DNA of 64,000 nucleotides. Origin: an uncultured cyanobacterium (GTDB lineage Bacteria > Cyanobacteriota > Cyanobacteriia > Cyanobacteriales > Nostocaceae). The position numbers and the translations under genes were made by a program. Every line of letters begins with the position of its first letter. Within the stretch, counting starts at the first letter, position 1. Positions 19,051 through 28,923 of this stretch are shown one piece after another. The notes below the pieces were generated by a model. It worked only from the letters and a program-made list of their open reading frames with translations, did no database searches and was not told the origin of the DNA. The stretch lies in the NCBI GenBank assembly GCA_963706595.1, contig OY970166.1:160001-224000 (forward strand), read 5' to 3'.

Positions 19051-20430
19051 CTAAACGTTAACGGGTATACTCGCTCTTGTGACCTGAACTGTGGGTATCA
19101 TTTGCATCCCCGATGGTGCGGCTAAGGTGAGACCACGGCGCACGGGATACACAGGACGCTTGTTAACCAGAGATAATTGAAATTCTGACAAAATTGTGGC
19201 TAAAGCAATTTTCATTTCATACTGAGCAAAAGCCAAGCCTATACAACGCCGATTTCCACCGCCAAAGGGTAAGTATTCATAAGGGGAAAATTGCTTTTCT
19301 AAAAAGCGTTCTGGTTTGAATTGCTGTGACTGTGGGTAAACTTCTTCACGATGATGGGCTAAATATATACTGGGAATTATGATAGTTCCTACTGGCAATT
19401 GATAGCCCATAATTTCTACTGGGGTTTTCACAACTCTGGGAAATCCATTCCCCACAATTGGATAAATTCTCAACGTTTCTTGGCAAACTGCTGTTAAATA
19501 TGGCAATTTAGCAATGCTACTCGGTTCAGCATTCACACCCAGGGTTTCTAATTCCCGTTGTAATTTCTCTCGTACTTCTGGTAATTGTCCCAACCAGTAA
19601 AAAGCCCATGTTAATGCAGAAGCTGTAGTTTCATGTCCTGCAACTAACATTGTCATTAATTCATCGCGTAATTCAACATCTGACATTCCCTCGCCATCGT
19701 CATAACGAGCCGAAATCAATAAACTGAGAATATCTTGGCGATGTTGTCCAGATTCCGCCCGACGTTCTTTAATTAGACTATAAATTACTTGATCGATTTG
19801 CTGCAATAGCCGCACAACTCGCCCCCAAGGACTCCACGCACCTAAATCTTTTTGCATAAAACTAAAAAAGAAGGCGCTGGACATTAAAGGGGAACCCATG
19901 AAGTCTAGCAGGGATGTGAGTAACCGCCCCAATTCTCGAAAAACTGGCCCTTCATCCACACCAAATACTACTCGTAAAATCACGCGCATAGTGATTTCTT
20001 GCATTGAGGCGCGAATATTAAAAGGTTTGCCAATTGTCCATTCGTTACTAACTTGCTGTGTAATTTTGCGGATAGTTTCACCGTAAGCCCGCATCCTTTC
20101 CCCATGAAACGGTGGTGTTAATAATTGCCGTTGGCGCTGATGGCGATCGCCATCTAATATAATTACAGAATTATCGCCCAGCAAAAATCCTAAACCCCCG
20201 CCTCCTCCACCAGATCGAAAACAATTAACATTACTACTAAAAATCTGTTCTAGTGCTTGAGGATGGCTAAAATATACAATGTGCTTATCCCCTCGATTCC
20301 AAATGGTGAAGTTGTCACCATAAACTTGGGCAAAATCTTCTACATATTTCACCGGCTGAGTGATAAATTTAACCATCCGCAGATAGCGTGGTAATTTGGG
20401 ACCATCAGGTAAGTTGTAAGTTACTGTCAT
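19051..20430 (-). CDS. Cytochrome P450 (CYP110-like)
   Basis: AGHETT, ETLR, PERF and heme motif FGGGNRRCIG. Confidence 0.95.
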   Translation of the reverse strand: MTVTYNLPDGPKLPRYLRMVKFITQPVKYVEDFAQVYGDNFTIWNRGDKHIVYFSHPQALEQIFSSNVNCFRSGGGGGGLGFLLGDNSVIILDGDRHQRQRQLLTPPFHGERMRAYGETIRKITQQVSNEWTIGKPFNIRASMQEITMRVILRVVFGVDEGPVFRELGRLLTSLLDFMGSPLMSSAFFFSFMQKDLGAWSPWGRVVRLLQQIDQVIYSLIKERRAESGQHRQDILSLLISARYDDGEGMSDVELRDELMTMLVAGHETTASALTWAFYWLGQLPEVREKLQRELETLGVNAEPSSIAKLPYLTAVCQETLRIYPIVGNGFPRVVKTPVEIMGYQLPVGTIIIPSIYLAHHREEVYPQSQQFKPERFLEKQFSPYEYLPFGGGNRRCIGLAFAQYEMKIALATILSEFQLSLVNKRPVYPVRRGLTLAAPSGMQMIPTVQVTRASIPVNV

Positions 20431-20539
20431 AGGAGTTTGTTTGAAGTGACGGCTGCTGATTTTAATTTTTACGGGTTTTTCTGTGATTGGAGGCTACACA
20501 AAGCGGTATATTTAAGTAAGGCAGCCTCGGAAGTAAGCA

Positions 20540-20801
20540 TTGCCAAACATCATCTTTACCCTCAACGCTAAGGGAGGAGTCGGTAAAACGACTATGGCAG
20601 TTAATTTAGCTGCATAATTTGGGCAAAAAAACAAGTTTAATCTCATTGATGCAGATATTCAAGTTTCTGCCAGTTCATGGACGGGACAGAATTATAACTG
20701 AAGGGTGTCGCCATTGTTCAATGGCGAGGGAAAATGCACCGCAGGCGGAGTTAGTCTAATGCTGCGTGGCTGAGTAATTACAGCGTGATTGGAAAAAATA
20801 A
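20540..20801 (+). pseudogene. parA: parA-family ATPase pseudogene (internal stops, large internal deletion)
   Basis: Reads MPNIIFTLNAKGGVGKTTMAVNLAA*FGQKNKFNLIDADIQ, then a C-terminal-like remnant GVAIVQWRG...VAE*LQRDWKK*. Confidence 0.85.
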
Positions 20802-21379
20802 TGGTTAAGAAACATCTATCTGACTTACTACAAGAAGAAGCGCAAAAGTTGATCCCACTGGAAAATCAATCTGTGATTGAGGTTAAAGCTGAGAAAGTTA
20901 CCGAAGAAAATACTTTAACAACAGATAAATTACCGACGCTGACACATAAACAGACTCCTCTCAAGGAAGCTATGTCTACTAATAATAATTTAGAAACCAC
21001 TATCCAAGAATTAAAACAAAATCTTGAAGAATCTCAAGATAAAGGAAAGGGCCTTCAAAAGCAAATTGTCGATTTACAATCAGTTTTGTATGAAAAACAG
21101 GTAATAATAGAACGACTGACCAAAGAACTACACGAAGCTAAACAAGACGCTTTACACCTTGCAGAAGCTAATTCTCAACTTATCGAAGAAAGTAAAGCAC
21201 CAACCCCAGTCAAAAATAATCAGCCTGCAATCCCAGAGAAAGAAAGCAAATCTGCTATCCAAGTCAAAGAAAAATATAACCCAGTTGGCTATAAAAAATC
21301 ACATCAAGTTCCTGAATATCTGCTAGAACGTCAGAAAGAAGGAGATAATTTTGCCGATAATACTTGGTTGTACGACTAA
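20801..21379 (+). CDS. Coiled-coil protein, typical downstream partner of cyanobacterial ParA
   Basis: MVKKHLSDLLQEEAQK start, heptad region; ATG overlaps the parA relic stop (TAATG). Confidence 0.7.
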   Translation: MVKKHLSDLLQEEAQKLIPLENQSVIEVKAEKVTEENTLTTDKLPTLTHKQTPLKEAMSTNNNLETTIQELKQNLEESQDKGKGLQKQIVDLQSVLYEKQVIIERLTKELHEAKQDALHLAEANSQLIEESKAPTPVKNNQPAIPEKESKSAIQVKEKYNPVGYKKSHQVPEYLLERQKEGDNFADNTWLYD

Positions 21380-21392
21380 CACCGCTACGCGA

Positions 21393-21468
21393 AAGTCAAA
21401 AGTCAAAAGTCAAAAGTCAAAAATTTGAATTCTTTCTGCTTGTAGAGACGGCGATTTATCGCGTCTCT
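21393..21468. repeat. AAGTCAA heptamers followed by a GTAG-type REP-like palindrome
   Basis: About four aagtcaa units; gtagagacggcgatttatcgcgtctct at 21442-21468. Confidence 0.75.
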
Positions 21469-21492
21469 CCCTTCCCCACATTCAAAATAAAT

Positions 21493-22379
21493 TTAACCAT
21501 CAAATTCCCGAATATGTTGGGCGGTGACTTCTGGCTGTTCCAAATGTGGAACATGGCCAGCTTCTTGAATCCAGATAAGTTTACTATGGGGAATTGCCTG
21601 TTGAAACTTTTTAGCATCAACTGTCCCCAAAATTTTATCTGTATCTCCCCATAAAATCAGTGTTGGTTGGACAATTTCTGCAAGCTGCTTCGCTTTAAAA
21701 GCACTGTAACCACCGCTTTTAGTGAAGGCTATTAAAGCTTGCGTCCAATGGGGCATTTCTAAGTGTAATGCACCACATAATTGAGCATCAATTGACGCGA
21801 GAAGTGGGTTTTTGTACGCAGTCCGGGAAATGCGATCGCGTATCTTCGGATTCCGCAAAAAGTTAGCTGCAAAAGCATCCAAGGGGGAAACATCAATTTA
21901 CTTAACGGTGAACCCCCTTTTAAACCAGCGCTATCGATTAACACCAGTTTTTTGACTACTTCTGGATAAGTCAAGGTGAAATCAATAGCCGCAGCACCCC
22001 CCATCGACGCACCCACTAAAATCACTGGTTGCTTAATTAAAGTTTTCCAGAAATGATACAAATGGGTTTTGATGGCTATCGGGCTAAATGGTACACCGGG
22101 AATTCTGTCTGTAAACCCAAAGCCTAATAAATCCACAGCCCAAGTTTCATTATCCCTTGCTAGCAGTGGCAACAGCCGACGAAATTCTAACACGGAACTG
22201 TCGAAGCCGTGAATTAATAAAATCGGTGTACCACCACTACCCTGTTGAACATAAGTAGTAGTAATTGGTTGACTAATTAAAGGAGTTGCGATCGCTTGAC
22301 TTTGTATACTTTTAGCCAAGGCGATGGAAGTAGATTCTGTCAGTTGCCCAACTGAGGTCGGTAAAAAACTAGAAAACAT
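21493..22379 (-). CDS. Alpha/beta hydrolase with a 1-base frameshift in the G5 run at 21883-21887
   Basis: HGFDSS, GASMGG and GHVPHLE motifs split over two frames; adding one base gives MFPPLDAFAANFL. Confidence 0.85.
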
Positions 22380-22443
22380 ATATTTTAGTTTACCGTTTAA
22401 GAGTACTCCAGTTACTGCCCAATTGTGGATATCTAATGTATTT

Positions 22444-23157
22444 ATGGCACTGACTCGATTCTTAAATTCTGCTCTATGGCTAAAGTGGACTGTAGTCACT
22501 TTGCTAGGCTTTGTCGTAGGTAGCATTACAGGCTTAATCGGGGGATTTTTGGCATATATAGCTTTCCCCTATCCATTGGCTTGGGTGATTAAAGGATGTC
22601 TGGAACAACAGCCGATCGGATGTGTAGTTATTAGCATCGCATTAGGAGCATCTATAGGATTGGGGCTGGCGGTTGGTATAGCCCAATGGTTTATCCTCCG
22701 CAGCATTGTACCGCGTTCCCGATGGTGGATTCTCGCATCGATTTTAGGATGGTGCGGTATCCTCTTCACCCTGACTTTCATGCTGTACACAGCAATACCT
22801 GCACCTGGTTCTCCTGAATTTGGGGTAAATATCATAGCACAATTGCCCTTAGCTGGGAGAGCGATCGCCTCCGGCGCGGGTTTGGCGATCGCACCAGTGA
22901 TTTTAGCGGGTGCGCTGATGGGATTATTTCAGTGGTTGATTCTGCGATCGTCTGTGCGGCAATCATGGTGGTGGATTCCGGCTCATGCCCTAATTATGCT
23001 ACTGGCAGCATTGGGGGTATTGATTCTAGGGTATAACATCGGTGGTTTACCTGGCATGAGCATATTTATACTAACTTTTTCGCCAATTTATGCCGTATTG
23101 AGTGGTAGCCTCTTAAACTGGCTCGTGCAGCGTAGCAGAAATTCTGTCACCACCTAA
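22444..23157 (+). CDS. Hypothetical multi-pass membrane protein
   Basis: Hydrophobic, with an internal repeat QW(F/L)ILRS...W(W)I; ATG 22444 avoids overlap with the hydrolase. Confidence 0.7.
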   Translation: MALTRFLNSALWLKWTVVTLLGFVVGSITGLIGGFLAYIAFPYPLAWVIKGCLEQQPIGCVVISIALGASIGLGLAVGIAQWFILRSIVPRSRWWILASILGWCGILFTLTFMLYTAIPAPGSPEFGVNIIAQLPLAGRAIASGAGLAIAPVILAGALMGLFQWLILRSSVRQSWWWIPAHALIMLLAALGVLILGYNIGGLPGMSIFILTFSPIYAVLSGSLLNWLVQRSRNSVTT

Positions 23158-23261
23158 CCTGTAACTGCTTTCACAACAGAAAAATATCTCAAATGTCAAA
23201 ATTGGTACGAAAGCCTCGTACAATTGATATCACTTCATTTTTAAACTCAGGAGCTAATGCC

Positions 23262-23570
23262 ATGCCAATGGCGGTTGGCGTAATTGAAACCTTGGGCTTT
23301 CCTGCTGTACTAGCAGCAGCCGATGCAATGGTTAAATCTGCCGCAGTCACAATTGTGTATTATGGTCAAGCTGAAAGCGCTCGAATGTTAGTCGCTGTTC
23401 GGGGACGCGTTTCGGAAGTTAACAGGGCGGTAGAAGCAGGAATATTCGCCGGAGAACAAACGTTTGGTGGTCAAGTAATTACCCACTACATTGTTCCTAA
23501 CCCTCCAGAAAACGTTGAGACCATTTTACCCATCCACTTCACAGAAGCATCTGAACCGTTCCGGATGTAA
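23262..23570 (+). CDS. ccmK3: Carboxysome shell protein CcmK3
   Basis: Divergent BMC (YYGQAESAR, HYIVPNPPEN); AGGAG RBS. Confidence 0.85.
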   Translation: MPMAVGVIETLGFPAVLAAADAMVKSAAVTIVYYGQAESARMLVAVRGRVSEVNRAVEAGIFAGEQTFGGQVITHYIVPNPPENVETILPIHFTEASEPFRM

Positions 23571-23870
23571 TCGGCAAATTCGTGATCTGATCTCTTGCAC
23601 CATGGTCAAGAACTCTAGGGTGAACATTACCAAAAGCAGAAAAATCAAGGTTTGAGCGCACGGTAAACAGTAACCACCCGACAAAAATTGTGATCAAATC
23701 AGTGATGTAAGATGTCAGCGCCGAAGAAGCGCGATTACAAGCCCGCAACCCATGAAAAACACATTGAGCAAATTTTTACCCTGTCAGGGTTTTAAAATGT
23801 GTTTTGTGAAAATCATCAAACTACCCCACGTTGCTTCCGACAATACATTTATTCATACAGGAGATTACTA

Positions 23871-24221
23871 ATGTCATTACAGGCCGTTGGCGCACTTGAA
23901 ACGAAGGGTTTTCCTGCTGTACTAGCAGCAGCTGATGCGATGGTGAAAGCTGGTCGCATCACTCTCGTGGGTTATATCAGAGTGGGTAGCGCTCGTTTTA
24001 CAATCAATATTCGCGGGGATGTTTCTGAAGTCAAAACAGCTATGGCCGCTGGTATTGAAGCCGCAGAAAATGTTCATGGCGGTACACTGGAATCTTGGGT
24101 GATTATTGCCCGTCCCCACGAAAACGTGGAAGCGGTTCTGCCCATCGGCTATACAGATGCAGTCCAACAGTATCGCGATTCTGTTGAAAACCCCATTGTG
24201 CGCTCATCTAATAGGTTATAA
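23871..24221 (+). CDS. ccmK4: Carboxysome shell protein CcmK4
   Basis: BMC domain ([22 protein letters not shown]); AGGAG RBS; follows ccmK3. Confidence 0.85.
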   Translation: MSLQAVGALETKGFPAVLAAADAMVKAGRITLVGYIRVGSARFTINIRGDVSEVKTAMAAGIEAAENVHGGTLESWVIIARPHENVEAVLPIGYTDAVQQYRDSVENPIVRSSNRL

Positions 24222-24556
24222 AGTTACCAGGGTCAGTTATTAGTCAAAAGTTAAAAGTTGAAAATTAACCTTTGACTTTTTTTGACAAAACTATGATAAA
24301 TCAATAACTTTAGCACCTCATTATCTCCCCTATTTCTCCCCTACTCTTAAATCTTGAACCAAGAACAGAAATTGATGGCAGCAGCAACCAATCTTAGGTA
24401 CATCTAGATTAGACAAAAACTACAATTTAGAAAAATTCACCTAAATTGTGCATAAAGTTAGTAAATCCAGACGTAGTAAGAATAGAACATCTGAGATATC
24501 TTGATCAAAAAGATAGACTCATGGGCAACTGCCAGAGCATAAATTAAGTACGAGAA

Positions 24557-25744
24557 ATGGGGGTTGTGATGCCAACTTTAATACAGGGTTTCGAGGAGCG
24601 CAATCTCGCTATGACCAAGGAGGCAGAAAAACTAGCTCATGATTGGGGCAAGCGTCTAGCTGCGGAGTGTCCAGAACAAAGTATAGCCAACAGAGAAAGT
24701 ATTATTCTCTGGCTTTTAGGAAGTGACTTAGAACGCTTTAATCACTTCAATCCTCAAGAACTCAACATTGCTAAACAAGCGATGGAATATCGCTGGAAGA
24801 TTTTACGTCAACGCTACTTGGGCATCGGGCGAGAACGTGCCTATCGCCAGCTGCTGACTCGTTTAGCAGGTTTAGTCACATTACGCCATAAGATTCAGAC
24901 TTGGGTTTCTTTGAGTCGCGATCGCCAGCGTACTGTCATGGATGTGTTGCAAGAAGTTTTACAAGAATTGCTGCAAAACGATAAGTATATGCAGCAGCAA
25001 ATGGCTTGTATCGCTGAATTTACCACCGATAAACGACTGCGGGATACTCTATTATTTGCCAGCATCGAAGAGTATTCTATGCGGCCAGTCCGAAATCAAC
25101 CCTTGCTCGTATATAGATTTGTCAACTACCTGCGGCGCATTCAGCGTGGTGGTTTAACCCAAGTACCAGGAACTGATGTAGTCAGGCTAGTTTCTGAAGA
25201 AATCCTCTCAGATGACAGTGACTATCGGGTGAACTTGGCTGATCATCAAGCCATCGGCGAATATCAAGAAGCACAACAACTAGAAGAACAACAGGCACTC
25301 AGGCAGCTAGTACAACAGGAATTTGCTGATTATTTACAAGAAACTCTGGGACAAGATGCAGTAGAGTGGCTGCGATTGTATCTGCAAGGCAAGTCCCAAG
25401 ATGAAATCGCTAAAAGATTCAATAAGCCCATCAAAGAAATTTACCGCCTGCGAGAAAAAATCAGCTACCATGCAGTGCGCGTCTTTGCCCTCAAGGGTAA
25501 ACCAGAACTCGTGGATAACTGGTTAGCAATTTCCCTACAAGAAAATAATTTGGGGCTAACTCAAAACCAATGGCAGCAACTATATGAAAACTTAACTCCT
25601 TTGGGGCGACAGATTCTAGATTTGCGTAAAGCAGGCCACTCCATAGAAGCAATAGCCCAGAATTTAACTCTCAAAACTCATCAGGTGATGGGCGAATGGA
25701 CAAAAGTCTATCTTGCAGCCCAATCTTTAAGAACTCAGGAATGA
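24557..25744 (+). CDS. HetZ-related protein (sigma-like HTH regulator)
   Basis: Resembles HetZ-related family 2; two C-terminal HTH-like segments (GKSQDEIA, GHSIEAIA). Confidence 0.7.
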   Translation: MGVVMPTLIQGFEERNLAMTKEAEKLAHDWGKRLAAECPEQSIANRESIILWLLGSDLERFNHFNPQELNIAKQAMEYRWKILRQRYLGIGRERAYRQLLTRLAGLVTLRHKIQTWVSLSRDRQRTVMDVLQEVLQELLQNDKYMQQQMACIAEFTTDKRLRDTLLFASIEEYSMRPVRNQPLLVYRFVNYLRRIQRGGLTQVPGTDVVRLVSEEILSDDSDYRVNLADHQAIGEYQEAQQLEEQQALRQLVQQEFADYLQETLGQDAVEWLRLYLQGKSQDEIAKRFNKPIKEIYRLREKISYHAVRVFALKGKPELVDNWLAISLQENNLGLTQNQWQQLYENLTPLGRQILDLRKAGHSIEAIAQNLTLKTHQVMGEWTKVYLAAQSLRTQE

Positions 25745-26037
25745 CTAATCAGAGTCACTAGTGGCGATGTCTGATCACAAATCTACCGATTCATCAGTTC
25801 GTAACTGACGAAAACAGCCAGGACGGCTACTGCTTGGCTACTTTGCGTTTACGTAGAAATTTAAGTATTTAAATATACAGAAAATAAATTCATGGAATTT
25901 CGGATTGGGAATGAATCTCAAACTCAAAATTTAATGGTAATTAATTTAACTTTTAACCAGAGAATCAAGCATCTTTATGTACTTCTAACTAATTTGTAGC
26001 AAAATAAAATATAAGAATAAATTGAGTAATCAAATTT

Positions 26038-27282
26038 ATGTTGTCTTCAGACGGCAAACAAACTGATACCACAATAATTGGGCAGCAAGTATTACCCAAA
26101 ATTCCAGCCAATTGGGAGCAAAGACGCAAGGAAATCTTCCATCTAATTGATAGCCTCTTATCCTTTGAAGCTTGCCTGCACTACCAAATTGCGCCCTTGG
26201 GAATAGAAGGGAATCAGCTGCTATTAGGTATGGTTTATCCACAAGACAGTGAATCTCTAAATTACGTAAGCCCCATTGTATCTTATATTAATTGCACAAC
26301 AGTAGTTCAAGAAATCACTACCGAAACACACAGCACCATATTATCGGCTTACCTCAACTATCAAAATACACCCCGCTCAGATACCAAACAAGTAAATCAG
26401 CAAGAGGCCAACTTGTCCTCTCAAAAGAGCAAAATTACAATCATCAACGAACTAATCCAATCTGGAACTACCTCCTCTCAATCCCATCAGGAAACATTGA
26501 TGTCGTTTCCTCAGACAGAAACCCTACAATTTTCTGAGCAACAGCAAGATTTTTCCCCCCAGCCAAATCCAGATAACTTATCTCCAACTAGCACCCCCAT
26601 TCCTCCCGTCAATGAGAAGCAACAAAAAGACTCTGACAGCTTAAAATTACCCAGCAAATTAACTGTTTTACAAGTAGATTTTCCAGAAGAATTTATTCCT
26701 GTTGAGATGCTGGCTACCCTACCACCCAAAAAATTACTCAAAGAATTACTGGCAAGAGTTTTGAGTGGGGGAATTGGGCGCTTGTATTTGGAAAGACAAC
26801 CTTACCAAGGTAAAATAATTTTGAGTAATAATGGAGTCATGCAGTTTGTATTAGAAAAACTTCCCCTTTCCGTATTCCAAGGAGTGCTGAATCAATTAAA
26901 GTGCTTTGCTTCCCTACCTGTTAGCAAACTTGTAGAACCAAAACAAGTAGAAAAAGAATGCCTATATCAACAAAATCGGTTGTTATTGCGCCTGCGGCTG
27001 ATGCCAGGAACTTACGGTGAAGAGGCGACACTACAGGTATTGAAGGGAACGGCATTAAAGTTTTATCAGCAACAACAGTTAGCCCGCCTGAGTCGCGATG
27101 CTTTGGCAATCTCGCAACAACTCAGCTATAAATTACATGAACTGCACCAACGAATTCTTCTCAATCCCAGCCTAAAACCTGAGCAATTGGCAGCCGTCGT
27201 GGACTTAAATCAACTAGTAGAAAATTTAGACCAGCAGATAAAAATACTCACAGAAACCACCGAGATTCCCAAAAACAGCTAA
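26038..27282 (+). CDS. GspE/PilB N-terminal-like protein lacking the ATPase domain
   Basis: FEACLHYQIAPL...LLLGMVYP and RLRLMPGTYGEEATLQVL resemble PilB N-domains; no Walker A. Confidence 0.6.
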   Translation: MLSSDGKQTDTTIIGQQVLPKIPANWEQRRKEIFHLIDSLLSFEACLHYQIAPLGIEGNQLLLGMVYPQDSESLNYVSPIVSYINCTTVVQEITTETHSTILSAYLNYQNTPRSDTKQVNQQEANLSSQKSKITIINELIQSGTTSSQSHQETLMSFPQTETLQFSEQQQDFSPQPNPDNLSPTSTPIPPVNEKQQKDSDSLKLPSKLTVLQVDFPEEFIPVEMLATLPPKKLLKELLARVLSGGIGRLYLERQPYQGKIILSNNGVMQFVLEKLPLSVFQGVLNQLKCFASLPVSKLVEPKQVEKECLYQQNRLLLRLRLMPGTYGEEATLQVLKGTALKFYQQQQLARLSRDALAISQQLSYKLHELHQRILLNPSLKPEQLAAVVDLNQLVENLDQQIKILTETTEIPKNS

Positions 27283-27598
27283 TAATAACTAATTATATCA
27301 GTGAAAGCGCTGATTTTTTGCCCACAGACTTGTTATCTTGTAATGGAATTCGAGACTAAACCTTTTGAAACTTTTAGTGTACTTTCTACAAAAAACGCGG
27401 AAAACTCTTGATCAACAGCAACACAGTGGCGCTTAATACCTTTAGCTCTACTACATCCACCAGTAAGCTTAAGCAAGCACCGAAGTATGCGGCAACGAGG
27501 GTAAAAGCAGCGACAATAAAAAGCTAGACGATTTAGAAACCTCGTGTTCAAGCGGAGCCAGCTAGAAGTAGCTCGTACTCATTTATTTTAGATAATAT

Positions 27599-28282
27599 AT
27601 GCAGACTGAAGTTTTTAGTCAACTTTTTCCCTTACTGAGTACAGCCAACCCACAGACTTTGGAATGGCTACTCAACGTGGCAATTGAACACGAATACCCT
27701 GTGGGGCGAGCCGTGTTGATGGAAGATGCTTGGGGTAACGCAGTTTACTTCTTAGTTTCCGGGTGGGTGAAAGTCCGACGCACCTCTGGAGATGATTCTG
27801 TAGCTCTGGCAATTTTAGGTCAAGGTGATTTTTTCGGCGAAATGGCAATTTTGGATGAATCCCCACGCTCAACTGATGTGATTGCCCTTTCGCCGGTGAA
27901 GTTGTTGAGTGTCTCTAGAGAGCGTTTTATTCAAATATTATTTAAAGATCCGCAGCTACATCACCGGATGTTGCAACTAATGGTGCGGCGATTGCGACAA
28001 ATTAACCAGCGCTTACAAATTCGCTCTTATCCGCCTGCTGTCAAACTGGCTCATACCTTAGTCAATTTGGGCGAAAGCTATGGACAAGAATCAAGCCAAG
28101 GGAAGAAAATTTTGAATATTCCTTTTAAGGATTTAGCTGAGGTGACAGAAATTGGTGTCGAAGAAACTACCAAAATTATGCAAAAACTAGACGAAAAGGG
28201 TTGGATCATCATTGACAGTGCCAACAATATTATTAATCTAATCAACTTGAAAAAGTTGATTAACCTAGCGGGACAGGTCTAA
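27599..28282 (+). CDS. Crp/Fnr-family transcriptional regulator
   Basis: cNMP domain (FFGEMAILDESPRS) and C-terminal HTH. Confidence 0.9.
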   Translation: MQTEVFSQLFPLLSTANPQTLEWLLNVAIEHEYPVGRAVLMEDAWGNAVYFLVSGWVKVRRTSGDDSVALAILGQGDFFGEMAILDESPRSTDVIALSPVKLLSVSRERFIQILFKDPQLHHRMLQLMVRRLRQINQRLQIRSYPPAVKLAHTLVNLGESYGQESSQGKKILNIPFKDLAEVTEIGVEETTKIMQKLDEKGWIIIDSANNIINLINLKKLINLAGQV

Positions 28283-28327
28283 ACTCAAGATTATGTGTTT
28301 GCACCAGTAATTCCCACTATCAACGTT

Positions 28328-28453
28328 AGGGACTTCCAATTAAAAAAATATCCCATTGCTGAGGTAGGCAGGGGAGCAGGGAGCAGGGAGCAGGGGGGAT
28401 AAAGAACAAAGATGGTCTGATGAAATGGGGTAATTTATTTTCTGGAAATCCGT
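28328..28453. mobile_element. MITE-like element with imperfect terminal inverted repeats
   Basis: gggacttccaattaaaaaaatatccc ... ggggtaatttattttctggaaatcc; interior duplicated at 1391-1459. Confidence 0.65.
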
Positions 28454-28526
28454 TAGAACCCCAAAATATTTACGAAATTACCCTTTCGGCATCATGATAA
28501 ATGTATTGCTTGGGGCTTGACATTTG

Positions 28527-28808
28527 TTGACATCCTTCCCAACCTATAGACGGATGGGAAATTTCCCGATATTAGTTAAATGTGGGAAACTACTTATATT
28601 GGATAAATCTCAGGCTAGTTAAATGTGTTCAGAAGTTGACCGTACTCATATTCGCTCGAATTGCACAGCTGCGGCAAATACTCAAGACGTTATCCTTCCA
28701 GAATCTAGCGGTTCCGTAGGTTATACGCTGAAGATGCTTGCCGGGGGTAAATTCTGAGAAATGCCCATGAAGCAGTAATCCTCTGGCTTTTGAGCATGGG
28801 AGTGTCAA
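28527..28808 (+). mobile_element. Internally deleted IS200/IS605-family remnant (left end, tnpB 3' relic, right end)
   Basis: TTGAC + hairpin at left; relic frame GSVGYTLKMLAGGKF*EMPMKQ*SSGF resembles cyanobacterial TnpB tails; ends GGGAGTGTCAA. Confidence 0.65.
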
Positions 28809-28830
28809 TCAGTCTTAAGTCCACAGTTGT

Positions 28831-28896
28831 TAACTATTGACCATTAACTATTGACTATTGACCATTAACTATTGACTATTGTCTATTAACTATTGA
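28831..28896. repeat. Degenerate heptamer array (TAACTAT/TGACTAT/TGACCAT)
   Basis: About 9 visible heptamer units. Confidence 0.85.
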
Positions 28897-28923
28897 ATCA
28901 GAATTTATAACTCTTAATTACAG

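Noticed and set aside
27333..27590. 72-aa minus-strand ORF or ncRNA upstream of the Crp gene
   Set aside because: No recognisable motif, RBS or stable structure by eye; treated as promoter/5' UTR.
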